From the NCBI RefSeq assembly GCF_964213995.1, contig NC_135830.1, positions 13,888,001 through 13,952,000 of the forward strand: DNA of 64,000 bases. Reading direction: 5' to 3'. Both the position numbers and the translations under genes were made by a program. A model generated the notes under the pieces. It saw only the letters and a list, made by a program, of their open reading frames with translations. It was not told where the DNA came from and ran no database searches. This stretch comes from Mustelus asterias. Its lineage: Eukaryota. Below, piece after piece: positions 21,545 through 34,368 of this stretch (position 1 is its first letter; each line of letters begins with the position of its first letter).

Positions 21545-24500
21545 GATATTCAGCAGGCCAGGCAGTCTCTGAGGAGTGACAAACAGAATTGAGGGCTCAG
21601 GTTGCTGACTTGCCCTCAGACTGCAATGAAACATTTAGAGTCAGGCACTGACTAATGGCGGTCACAATTCCCACAATGCTCTGCGCCCCAGAAACCCCTC
21701 TATTCAATGGTTGTTCACCGTAATTCACTCATCACAGAATCCTTACAACACAGAAGGAGGCCATTGGACCCATTGAGTGTGGACTGAACTTACGGCTGAG
21801 CACCTTTCCCAAGCACGCCCCCTATCCCTGTAACCTCACGCATTTTCCCTGTTAATCCCCCGACTGACCTTTCTCTTCACCCTACCGGTAACTGCAACAA
21901 TATGTTCTGCACCCTACGTTTTTCCTTTCCCCCATGTACTTTCTCAACGTACGTTTTGCCTGCATAGTACAGAAGAAATATTACTTCTCACTCTATTCCA
22001 GTACATGTGACAATAATAAATCAGATTAGAACCTATACATGGTGGGACACTAAGGGACAATTGTAAGCATGGTCAATCCACTTAACCTGCACATCTTTGG
22101 ACGGTGGAAGGAAACCGGAGCACCCGGAGGAAACCCACGCCGACACGGGGACAATGCACAAACTCCACACAGACAGTGACCCGAGGCTGGCATTGAACCC
22201 GGGTCCCTGGCGCTGTGAGGCAAAAATGTTAACCAGTGAAGGCAGTTTGCCGCTTTTTCCAGGCGATAACAATGGGCTGGATGTTGCTCAGAACGTGGAG
22301 CACTGCAGCAAAGTACAGAGAGACAGAGCAGCAGACTGGGCTGAGAAATGGAATCTGCAGACCGAAACTAGCTGAGGACAGGTTATCTCGTCAACACGCA
22401 CAGCAATGTACAACCCACCCCCATTACCAAGACAGCGAGACAGAGGTTACACTAAAATATTTATAGGATCAGGAGAAACCAGAGTGCACCAACACTCACC
22501 AACACAGCTCCACGGAAAAAAGGGAGAATCTGTGGCAGTTCCTGTCCTGATATAGCCCCAGGGCTGTCACTCAAAGCCCCAACCCCGTCCAGTTCACAGC
22601 TCAGCCTCTCAGCTTGCAGTTTCCTGCACCTTGAGCCAACCCTGCCCAGGTGTGGGAGGGATGTGGAACCACAGAGTGGGGGGAGGGGTGACCTCCTGCT
22701 GTGCCCCAAATAGTTCCTCCTTCCCCTCCCCCTTGGCGTTCTAAGGTCTCAATGTGGATGTGTTGATGGACATTGCAGAGCCTCACTGAGCTGCGCCTGT
22801 ACCTTATCCTGGGTCACCCCTTCCCCTGGGTTCAGTGTGTGTGAACTCGCTGCTTCTTTCCCTGCTGAACCTTCAGTTAATCAAAAACAGAAAGTGCTGG
22901 AAAACCTCAGCAGGTCTGATCACATCTGTGATCATCCAGACTGGAAGCATTAACTCCATTCTCTCTCCACAGATGCTGTCAAACCTGCTGAGATTTTCCA
23001 GCATTTTCTGTTTGTTTCAGATTCCAGCATCCGCAGTATTTTGCTTTTATCTTCATTTAAACAAACATTCTGTGAAGGCCTTTACCCCCATTGCTCCTTT
23101 CCAGAGATTCCCACCTTCTGCTATTGCCCCTGACTCCCACATTAACCCTGTCATTCCTCCCCTTTACCCCGCTCACCCTGTCTGAAGTCAGGCTCAGAGT
23201 TTTCCCGCCATCTCCCCCTCCCCCAGCCTCCACATCCCAACACCCGGAATCTCTAACCCAGCGGTTCCAGTTTGTCTGGTTTGAGTTCAGATTTGCCGCA
23301 GCACCGACAGGATTTCACTTCAAACCAGCCAGAACTGACTGCTCACAAATCCCAAAATGTTTCTCCAGCAGCCCGGGCTTGTTAACGTTGTTTAAAGTCA
23401 GCGCCCAAATGCAGTTACTCTCCTCAGTTTAAAAAACTTCTCCGTTTAATCTAAGGTATTATTCGCGCCAGACACAAATCTAAAACAGTGAACATTATCC
23501 CCCCACCCAGACCCGAGCTGGAGTGTCCCGAGGAAGCGACATCTGTTCCGGGTGTGACAATTCTTACACATTCTCTGTGACATAAAACAGAAAACGCTGG
23601 AAATACTCATGAATGAAAGCAAATTGTTGCTTTTGTCAAGAGAGTCATCTGGACTCGAAACGGCAGCTCTTTTCTCTATTTACCGATGCTGCCAGACCTG
23701 CTGAGATTTTCCAGCATTTTCTGTTTTGGCTGGAAACACTCAACAAGTCAGGCAGCCTCTGTGGAGAGAGAAACAGACTGACTGTGACCTGTCATCGAAC
23801 TGGGAAATATATTTCCCGCAACTGAAAGAGGTATCTTACAACCTTCGGAACAAAACTGAGTTCAACAATTTTACACCACATTCTCTGCCCCCTTTGCGTT
23901 CTGTGTTTCGTTGTTGCTTTTTTCACCTCTTGTTTTCTTTACTTCGTATTCAGACTGCTGCTATTCACACCTCATCCAGAACATCTTTTGTGACTTTACT
24001 TGTCCCATTACCACTCGCTTTGGTATTGAGCCGTGAATCATTTTGTCAGTTTGCAGACCTTTCATTTTGTTCTTCTCCATCTCCCTCTCTCCCTCCTTCA
24101 CAGGCCTGGCTTTCTCTGGGTGGCACTGGAGAGCGAACTAGACTTGAGATGTTTGAGACAGAGAGATTGAAATGTTTTTTTCTCTCAGAGGGTCTTTGGT
24201 TTCTCTTCCCCAGAGAGCAGTGAAGACAGAGTCATTGAATGTTTTCAAGACTGATTAAGTGGATAAAAGCAAATTACTGCGGATGCTGGAATCTGAAACC
24301 AAAAGAGAAAATGCTGGAAAATATCAGCAGGTCTGGCAGCATCTGTAACGAGAGAAAAGAGCGGACGTTTCGAGAACAGACGACCCTTTGTCAAAGCTAA
24401 AAGGCATAGAAAGTGGGAGATATTTACACTGCAGGGTGAGGGAATGAAAAATGAGTCACAGCTACAGAAACTCGGGTAAAGAGCTGCTAATGGCTGTCCA

Positions 24501-25278
24501 TCGAGAGAATAAAGGGTGTGAATGGCCAACGGCAGGGAAACTAAAATCAGCTGTGACAGATGAAGATGTGGGGGGAGGGGGAGAGGGAATGGGTGGGAGA
24601 GAGGTAAAATGGGAAAAGGGGAAAGGGAAATAAAAGGGGGAGAAAAGGTATGGAAAGGATGGATGGATTCTTGATTGACAAGAGAGTCTAAGGGTTTTTT
24701 GGGGGGGGGCGGGTGTTGGGGGTAGACAGGAAAGTGGAGTTGTGGTCACAATCAGATCAGCCAGGATCTTATCAAATGCTGGAGTAGAGGGGCCACTGCT
24801 GCTCCGGATTCATGTGGGTGTTTGACTGTATGTTTCACTCTGTTTCTGTCTCCACAGAAGCTGCCGGGTCTGTTCACTATTTGGGGCTTTGACTATTTTT
24901 ATTTCAGATTTGAAACATCTGCAGGATATTCTGTCCATGCAAACCCAACACATCTTTCATTGTTTAATGCAGAGCAGTGCGTGTGCACGGTGCTCCCTGT
25001 CAACAGGAGAGAATGTTGTGAATTCCTATCCTGGATTGACAGGGATGGATTGTGTAAATTAATTTTGTCTGGGTTAGAAGGGAAGGATTTACACACGCAA
25101 AGTTCAAAACCCTGTTTCTGATTTCAATATTGAATATATGTGTCGCTGGTAAGGTCGCTGCATTTCAAACAGAGCTTCAGAGTGTTTTGAAGTGTTTTCT
25201 TTAAAAGTCCCCTTCACTCCTGTGCTACTCAGGAGAAGATTTCACATTCACATTCTCCAGGATAGAGGGGCAAGAGAA

Positions 25279-25868
25279 CGGGCGGCACAGTGGCACAGTG
25301 TTCAGCACCACTGCCTCACAGCATCAGGGAAATCATAGAAGCCCTACAGTACAGAAAGAGGCCATTTGGCCCATCGAGTCTGCACCAACCACAATCCCAC
25401 CCCACCCCTACCCCCTTATCCCTACATATTTACCCGCTGATCCCTCTAACCTACACATCTCAGGACACTAAGGGGCAATTTTAGCATGGCCAATCAACCT
25501 AACCCGCACATTTTTGGACTGTGGGAGGAAACCGGAACACCCGGAGGAAACCCACACAGACACGAGGAGAATGTGCAAACTCCACACACAGGGGTCCCAG
25601 GTTTAATTCTGGCCTCGGGTCACTGTCTGTGTGGAGTTTGCACATTCTCCCCGTGTCTGCGTGGGTTTCCTCCAGGTGCCCTGGTTTCCTCCCACAGTCC
25701 AAAGATGTGTGGGCTAGGCTGATTGGCTATGCTAAATTGCCCTTTAGTGTCAGGGGGATTAGCAGGGTAAATATGTGGGGTTATGGGAATAGGGCCTGGG
25801 TGGGATTGTGGTCGGTACACACTCGATGGGTCAAATGGCCTCCTTCTGCACTGTCGGGATTCTATGAT
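25279..25868 (+). mobile_element. HE1 SINE containing a nested antisense HE1 copy (~25330-25590)
   Basis: The head at 25279-25329 resumes at ~25591 after an inverted SINE body and tail. Confidence 0.75.
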
Positions 25869-26711
25869 TCAGACCAATTGCAGGTGTGGCTTTCTTCCCA
25901 CCTCACTCTCACAGACTCCAGTGAAGACAGTGTGGAAAGGCTTTGGGACAAGATCAGATCTGTGATGCAGTGAACACCCACTCAGCTCATCGGGTTTGAA
26001 TTGCTCAGGCCGTCACACTGGCTCAACAAGAATGACAAAGAAGTGAGCAAAATCAGAAAGTGTCTCTGGATTGAATGGAGTAGTATTCCTCCTATTGAAC
26101 CATTCACACTGATGTCTCACTGCCTGCACCTGTACCAGCTCTCTAACCTGACACATAGTCATATTAAATGGATAAGTGGGCACAGCCTTTAGGTGTTGGT
26201 CTGTTAACTACAAGGGAACCATTTTCTTTCATTGATTCATGGACATGGGCAGCGCTGGCTGGCCAGCAGTTATCGCCCATCCTCAGCTGCCCTTGAGAAG
26301 GTGGTGGTGAGCTGCCTTCTTGAAACCCTGCAGTCCATGTGCTGTGGCTTCACCCACAATGCCGTTAGGGAGGGGATTCCAGGATTATGACCCGGTGACT
26401 GTGAAGGAATGGTGATACATTTCCAATTCAGGATGGTGAATGGCTTGGAGGGAACTTGCAGGTGGTGGTATTCCCATGTATCTTCTGCCCTTCTGATGAA
26501 GGGGCATCTAGACTCAAAGCATTGGCTCCATTCTCTCCCCACAGATGCTGTCCGACCTGCTGAGATTTTCCACCATATTCTGTTTTTGTTTCACATTCCT
26601 GCATCGACAGTATTTTGCTTTTATCTTCTGTCCTTGTCCTTTTAGATGGAAGTGGTCGTGGCTTTGGAAGGTGCTGCCTCAGGAGCCTTGGTGAATTGCT
26701 GCAGTGCATCT

Positions 26712-28140
26712 TCCTTTAGCAATATACTATATAATCTCTCTGGCTTGTTCCACCAACCAAGATCCATACATTATACATTCAGTTGATTCACTTAATACAA
26801 TTTTACTTTCTTTAATAATTTGATTGATCATTTGTACGTGAGACTTTAGGGCCTGACCATATGTTGTAAATGTATGGTTAAGATCTGATCTTCAGAGTGG
26901 CTAAGTTAATGGTATTAACAACCCTGGTGTTAAAAGCTGTTGCAGCATCATTCATTATACCCCGTTACTGTCTGACATTTTGGATATCATTCTCCTTCCT
27001 AATGTGGTTTTGGATAACATCCAGATGAAGATGCTGAGGGGGATTGAGCTTCCATCTTAACGTCCTCCTGATACAATAGCCATGGTACAGGTGCACTTTT
27101 CACTTCTTTTTCATCATTGTCCCAGGTCCGCAGCATATTCTTCACCACGTACGTAACAGTCCTGATCCTTCTCAGCTTCTTCCGTTATCTGGGACTCTGA
27201 ACTTCACTGAGTTATGAACGTAGCAGTCCTGATCCTTCTCAGCTTCTTCCGTTATCTGGGACTCTGAGCTTCACTGAGTTATGAGAAAACCATTTGACTT
27301 TTTAGAAAAAACGTTTATTATTTTATTTGTGCCACAAATAGGCTTATATTAACACTGCAGTGAAGTTGCTGTGAAAATCCCCTAGTTGCCACACTCCGTG
27401 CCTGTTCAGGTACACTGGGGGAGAATTTAGCATGGCCAATTCACCTAACCAGTACGTCTTTCGGACTGTGGGAGGAAACTGGAGCATCCGCAGGAAACCC
27501 ATGCAGACACGGGGTGAACGTGCAAACTCCACATAGATAGTACCCAAGCCAGGAATTGAACCCGGGTCCCTGGCGCTGTGAGGCAGCAATGCTAACCACT
27601 GTGCCCCACCGTGCCGCCCGTTTGCATATTCAATACAACTGACCTTATCCACTGTAGTGTATGGTCCCTTATACAGAGGTCCAAACACATCTCCCTTTGC
27701 ACAATTTCTTACCCTCACTTGGTCTCCAATATGACACTCCTGTGGTTGGATGGGGCTAATAGGAACCTACTCCAGATACTCATGAGAACCAGTGGAAGTT
27801 CTTCATTCCACTTTGTGCTGTTCCATCCAGTTATTTTCTGAGAACGAGCTTCATGTGCGGTTCATTCTTTCTACAATTCCCAGCAATTGGTGTGAGCGAC
27901 TTGCCATCTCCCTCCTTTCAATTTTCCAATTAAACAAAAGCACGGAGGAACAAACTGTTCCCTGGAGCATTCCACATTGCAATGACTCAGCCAGAATCAA
28001 CTTCCCAACCCATCAGCAACCTCTTTCCACACAGAATAAATTGTTGTTCCCTTTGAAATTTGCTATTCTTGTATCTGTCCTGTTAAATGAAAAAGCTTCT
28101 ACAGCATGTCTTATTTTACAGCAATCCTCTGCACTTACAA
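26712..28140 (-). mobile_element. Degraded LTR-element/ERV remnant: integrase fragments plus env-like fragment, interrupted by a SINE (27310-27618)
   Basis: Minus-strand fragments: GIVERMNRT (~27853-27879), KWNEELPLVLMSI, IGDQVRVRN...FGPLYKGPY, then RQ*R|GIMNDAATAF (~26975-26930) and a heptad-like LKSHVQMINQIIKE...CIMYGSWLVEQAREII. Confidence 0.65.
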
Positions 28141-28979
28141 AGTTTTGAAGAAGCATTTAAGAAGCATCGTAAAGAAGGAGAAAGAGGTAGAGAGGCTTAT
28201 GGAGGGATTTCCAGAGCTTACAGGTGATGACGCTGAAAGCACTGCTACCATTGGTAGGCCAGAATTGTAAATGATCTGATGTTTGAGAGTTGTGGGGCTG
28301 GAGAAGATTACAAAGATAGGGAAGGGCGAGGCCATACAGTGATTGAAAATAAGGATAGAAATTTTAAAACAAGGGTGCTGCTTAACCAGGGACTGATGCA
28401 GGAGTGATGTGTTTGTTATTTTGGGGGGAGTGGGGGGAGATGACAACAGATTTAAAGGAAAGAGGGACAATATCCGAAGAAAGATGCGAACCATTAACAA
28501 TGTAAGCTCACATGGGGATGTTGTGTAGTCAGCAGTTCAGCGAGAATACAATAGAAGGTGCAGGAAGTGGGTCTTGAGGGCAGAGGTCATGAGGGGAGGT
28601 AGGAGAATCTGGAGAAAGATACAGATGCAGGACTCAGATAAGGGGTATTTTAGCTCAGTGGGTTAGTGCATGGGATGGACACGGCAGAGGCAACTGTCAC
28701 TAAGATTGAAATCTTCCAATCAAAGAAGATCCATGAGTTCCTCTCACTTGGAGGTGAGGATGGAGCAGATAGAAAGACGGAGAATCCTTCAGAAGGAATT
28801 AACTTGCGTCTGATATTCAAGCGACTCACATTGTTTAACACAAAGCCAGTTTATTTGACTTTTAGCCAGAAGATTAGCACTTGTATAACTGGACTGGAGG
28901 TTAGTAACATCAGCAAAAACAGACCCCAAATGAACACAGTTCAATCCTGGGCGTGATTAACAATATCCAATCATTGCAA

Positions 28980-29681
28980 TTACTTGTGACCTCGCTGGTG
29001 TTTCAACATATGGGATGAATGAGCAAATTTCTTCTTACAGACAGTGCAAGTGAATGGTTTCTCCCCAGAGTGAACCCGTTCGTGTAACCGAAGATGGGAT
29101 GGCTGAGTGAATTTCTTCCCACACTGGAAGCAGGTGTACGGTCTCTCCCCAGTGTGAGTGCGCTGGTGGAGAGAGAGTTGATACGAATGCTTGAACCCAG
29201 CCTCACAGTGAGAGCACCTGAACAGTCTTTCATCAGAGTGAATGAGCTGATGGCTCATCAGTTCCCTCGAACTTTTAAAGCATTTCCCGCATTCTGCGCA
29301 TTTGAAAGGTCTTTCGTCCGTATGAACCTGCTTGTGTCTCAGCAGGATAGATGAACTAGTAAATCCCTTCTCACACACTGAGCAAGTGAATGGTCTCTCC
29401 CTCGTGTGAACGCGCTGGTGTTGGTGCAGATGCGCATTGCGATTAAATCCCTTCCCACACTTGGAGCAGTTAAACAGCTTTTCCCCGATGTGACAGCGTC
29501 TATGCATTTCCAGCTCAGATGGGAAATTAAATTCCTTCCCACAGTCCCCACATTTACACAACTTCTTTCCAGTGTGACTGCGTTTGTGTTTCGACAGGCC
29601 AGATGATCGACTGTAGCCTTGTCCACACACAACACACATAAACGGTTTCTCTCCACTGTGAACACTGCTTTTTTCATCCAT
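28980..29681 (-). CDS. KRAB-less C2H2 zinc-finger protein (ZNF-5), 8 fingers
   Basis: Intact [19 protein letters not shown]...HQRGHK with canonical fingers. Confidence 0.9.
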   Translation of the reverse strand: MDEKSSVHSGEKPFMCVVCGQGYSRSSGLSKHKRSHTGKKLCKCGDCGKEFNFPSELEMHRRCHIGEKLFNCSKCGKGFNRNAHLHQHQRVHTRERPFTCSVCEKGFTSSSILLRHKQVHTDERPFKCAECGKCFKSSRELMSHQLIHSDERLFRCSHCEAGFKHSYQLSLHQRTHTGERPYTCFQCGKKFTQPSHLRLHERVHSGEKPFTCTVCKKKFAHSSHMLKHQRGHK

Positions 29682-29892
29682 GTTCAAAGTAAAATGATAG
29701 TCGGGTTACGATAAATTGGGTAATTCTGTCAGATTCTGCTGTGGGTTTGAATGTCCCGGCTGCAAATCCTTCTCTTCAAATATTCTGAGAGATTTAAAAC
29801 AGAAAAAAAGAGAGAGTGAGAAAACCCACAGGATCACAAAGGCAGTTTGTAAAATTGAACGGAATGGATCTGCTGGTTTATGGAACCAACGT

Positions 29893-32237
29893 GAACATAG
29901 AACATAGATAGAACATAGAACATTACAGCGCAGAACAGGCCCTTCGGCCCACGATGTTGCACCGACCAGTTAAAAAAAAAACTGTGACCCTCCAACCTAA
30001 ACCAATTTCTTTTCGTCCATGAACCTATCTACGGATCTCTTAAACGCCCCCAAACTAGGCGCATTTACTACTGATGCTGGCAGGGCATTCCAATCCCTCA
30101 CCACCCTCTGGGTAAAGAACCTACCCCTGACATCGGTTCTATAACTACCCCCCCTCAATTTAAAGCCATGCCCCCTCGTGCTGGATTTCTCCATCAGAGG
30201 AAAAAGGCTATCACTATCCACCCTATCTAAACCTCTAATCATCTTATATGTTTCAATAAGATCCCCTCTTAGCCGCCGCCTTTCCAGCGAAAACAATCCC
30301 AAATCCCTCAGCCTCTCCTCATAGGATCTCCCCTCCATACCAGGCAACATCCTGGTAAACCTCCTCTGCACCCTCTCCAAAGCCTCCACATCCTTCCTGT
30401 AATGTGGGGACCAGAACTGCACACAGTACTCCAAGTGCGGCCGCACCAGAGTTGTGTACAGTTGCAACATAACGCTACGACTCCTAAATTCAATCCCCCT
30501 ACCAATAAACGCCAAGACACCATATGCCTTCTTAACAACCTTATCTACTTGATTCCCAACTTTCAGGGATCTATGCACACATACACCTAGATCCCTCTGC
30601 TCCTCCACACTATTCAAAGTCCTCCCGTTAGCCCTATACTCAACACATCTGTTATTCCTACCAAAGTGAATTACCTCACACTTCTCCGCATTAAACTCCA
30701 TCCGCCACCTCTCGGCCCAACTTTGCAACCTGTCTAAGTCTTCCTGCAAACTACGACACCCTTCCTCACTGTCTACCACACCACCGACTTTGGTGTCATC
30801 AGCAAATTTGCTAATCCACCCAACTATACCCTCATCCAGATCATTAATAAATATTACAAACAGCAGTGGCCCCAAAACAGATCCCTGAGGTACACCACTT
30901 GTAACCGCACTCCATGATGAATATTTACTATCAACCACCACCCTCTGTTTCCTATCCGCTAGCCAATTCCTGATCCAATTTCCTAGATCACCCCCAATCC
31001 CATACATCTGCATTTTCTGCAGAAGCCTACCATGGTGAACCTTATCAAACGCCTTACTAAAATCCATATATACCACGTCCACTGCCTTGCCCCCATCCAC
31101 CTCCTTGGTCACTTTCTCAAAAAACTCAATAAGGTTAGTAAGGCACGACCTACCTGCCACAAAACCATGCTGACTATCACCTATCAATTCATTACTCTCC
31201 AAATAACTATAAATCCTATCCCTTATAATTTTTTCCAACATCTTGCCGACAACAGAAGTGAGACTCACCGGTCTATAATTCCCGGGGAAGTCTCTGTTCC
31301 CCTTCTTAAACAATGGGACAACATTCGCTAACCTCCAATCTTCTGGTACTATACCAGAGGCCAACGACGACCTGAAGATCAGAGCCAGAGGCTCTGCAAT
31401 CACTTCTCTTGCCTCCCAGAGAATCCTTGGATAAATCCCATCCGGACCAGGGGATTTATCTATTTTCAGACCCTCCAGAATATCCTGCACATCCTCCTTA
31501 TCAACTGTAATACTGTCTATTCTACTCCCTTGCAACCCAGTGTCCTCCTCAGCTATATTCATGTCCCCTTGCGTGAACACCGAAGAGAAATATTGGTTCA
31601 ATGCTTCACCAATCTCCTCCGGTTCCACACATAACTTCCCTCTGCCATCTATAACTGGCCCTAAACTTGCCCTAACCAACCTTCTGTTCTTGACATACCT
31701 ATAGAACGCCTTAGGATTCTCTTTAACCCTATCCGCCAAAGTCTTCTCATGTCCCCTTTTAGCCCTTCTAAGCTCGCTCTTCAACTCCCTCTTAGCCAAT
31801 CTAAAGCTTTCTAGTGCACTACCCGAGTGCTCACGTCTCATCCGAACATAAGCTTCCTTTTTCTTTTTAACCAACAAAGAAACTTTTTTGGTGCACCACG
31901 GTTCCCTAGCCCTACCAATTCCTCCTTGCCTGACAGGGACATACCTATCACAGACTCGCAGTAGCTGCTCCTTGAAAAAACTCCACATGTCGGACGTTCC
32001 CAGTCCCTGTAATCTCCTAGTCCAACCTATGTTTCCTAATTCTCTCCTAATAGCCTCATAATTACCCTTCCCCCAGCTAAAACCACTGGCCCGAGGTTCA
32101 TGCCTATCCCTTTCCATCACTAAGGTGAACGTAACCGAATTGTGGTCACTATCACCAAAATGCACACCAACTTCCAAGTCTAGCACCTGGTCTGGCTCAT
32201 TTCCCAGCACCAGATCCAATATAGCCTCACCTCTAGT
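29893..32237 (-). mobile_element. 5'-truncated CR1/HER1-type LINE with ~750 uninterrupted ORF2 codons (end of EN, RT)
   Basis: ORF 29997..32363: SDHN, KSPGPDGI, NYRPVSLTS, QHGF, DFSKAFD, GVPQGSVLGP, FADD; microsatellite tail at 29893. Confidence 0.95.
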
Positions 32238-33137
32238 GAGGGCAGGAAACTTGCCACAGCAGTAGGATGAGAGAGAAAGAGGTGAGAGAGGCAGAGCGAA
32301 GTAGAGATTTTTTATAGATGTACAACTTGACAGGAACTGTGACAGAATCTCCCAAACCCTCAATCTCCGCAGTCTAGAATGACGAGGGGAAGCAGCTATA
32401 TGTGAACATCACCTCCAAGTTGCCCTGCACATCAGCCTGATGTTTAATTTGTCTGACACCAGTCCTCCAATAATAAACTGGGAAATCTGAAGACATTCAG
32501 GGTGGCACGGTAGCACAGTGGTTAGCACTGCTGCTTCACAGCTCCAGGGTCCTGGGTTCGATTCCCGGCTCGGGTCACTGTCTGTGTGGAGTTTGCACAT
32601 TCTCCTCGTGTCTGCGTGGGTTTCCTCCGGGTGCTCCGGTTTCCTCCCACAGTCCAAAGATGTGCGGGTTAGGTTGATTGGCCAGGTTAAAAATTGCCCC
32701 TTAGAGTCCTGGGATGCGTAGGTTAGAGGGATTAGCGGGTAAATATGTGGGGGTAGGGCCTGGGTGGGATTGTGGTCGGTGCAGACTCGATGGGCCGAAT
32801 GGCCTCCTTCTGCACTGTAGGGTTTCTATGTTTCTATTGTCCAATTCCTGGCTGCTGACTTTTCCTCACAACTGTGGCAGAACCAATCTGTATCATTGTG
32901 TGTTTTGTTTTAATTAATGGGATGTGAGCAATGTTGGCTGGGCCAATGTTAATTGTCCATCCCTAACCATATTGCCAAATAAGGATGGCAGATTTCCTTT
33001 CCTAAAGGATATTAGTGAACCAAGGTGGGTTTCTACAATTGTCATTAGCCTTTTTAAATTTTATTTTCATTGAATTCAAATGGCTCCCAGATCTTGACCT
33101 GGGTCTCCTGGCTCCTAGTCCAGCGACAATACCATGA

Positions 33138-33470
33138 TGGGGAGACGATGGCCAAGTGGTTTTGTCACTGGACTATTAATCCAGAAACTCAGCCAACGTT
33201 CTGGAGGCCCGGGTTCGAATCCCACCACGGAAAGTGATGGAATTTGAATTCAATAAACAAAAAATTAGCTGGAATTAAGAATCTACCGTTGACCATGTAA
33301 CCATTGTTGTAAAAGCCTATTTGGAAATCTGCCATCCTTACTCCGTCTGGCCTACCCATGACTCCAGAGCTACAGCTATGTGCTTGACTCTCAACTGCCC
33401 TCAGGCAATTAGGGATGGGCAATAAATGCTGGTCAGCCAGCAATGACCACGTCCCATGAATGAATAATAA
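33138..33470 (+). mobile_element. Third tRNA-derived SINE family
   Basis: A box TGGCCAAGTGG and B box GGTTCGAATCC; tail ...GGGATGGGCAATAAATGCTGG...CCCATGAATGAAT. Antisense copies at ~34915, 58450-58790 and 61370-61700. Confidence 0.7.
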
Positions 33471-33857
33471 CACCACCACCTTCCCTCATATTGGACCCCA
33501 AGATGAGTTTCTGACCACATTTCCATGTCATCGTTAGAATCCTATTTTGGTCAGAGTATCATCAAACTTCACCTTTGCCTCATCTCATTGTCCACTGAAA
33601 CCCTCATCTTACCCTCACAAGCTTCTGGTTAAGACACCACCTTAATTGTTGAAATGATTTTTCAAATCTCTTCATGGCCTTGACTCTCATGATCTCTATA
33701 ATCTCCTCCAGATGCACAATGCTGACAAATCGCCACTCCTCTAATTCTGGCCTCCTCGCTCTCTACAGCTGTCCACCTCCCTTTCCTCTTTAAAATCTAC
33801 GTCTTTGACCAAGCTTTTAGATATCTGCCCAAATATTTCCGACCGTGGCTGATTGTT

Positions 33858-34368
33858 ATATTGGCATTGGAGGGAGTGCAGAGAAGGTTCACCAGGTTGA
33901 TACCGGAGATGAGGGGTTTGGATTATGAGGAGACGCTGAGGAGATTGGTTTTGTACTCGTTGGAGTTTAGAAGGATGAGGGGGGATCTTATGGAGACTTA
34001 TAAGATAATGCGGGGGCTGGATAGGGTGGAGGCGGAGAGATTCTTTCCACTTAGTAAGGAAGTTAAAACTAGAGGACACAGCCTCAAAATAAAGGGGGGG
34101 TCGGTTTAAGACAGAGTTGAGGAGGAACTTCTTCTCCCAGAGGGTGGTGAATCTCTGGAATTCTCTGCCCACTGAGGTGGTGGAGGCTACCTCGCTGAAT
34201 ATGTTTAAAGCGCGGATGGATGGATTCCTGATCGGTAAGGGAATTAAGGGTTATGGGGATCAGGCGGGTAAGTGGTACTGATCCACGTCAGATCAGCCAT
34301 GATCTTATTGAATGGCGGGGCAGGCTCGAGGGGCTAGATGGCCTACTCCTGCTCCTATTTCTTATGTT
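33858..34368 (+). mobile_element. CR1-type LINE 3' fragment (same subfamily as 40172-41718)
   Basis: ALEGVQRRFTRLIPEMRG and a matching 3' UTR. Confidence 0.88.

Larger units (their letters stand above)
18225..24912 (-). repeat. Segmental duplication arm B (inverted copy of ~5553-9875, enlarged by later insertions)
   Basis: Homology as for arm A; extra LINE, Penelope and SINE inserts explain the length difference. Confidence 0.92.
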
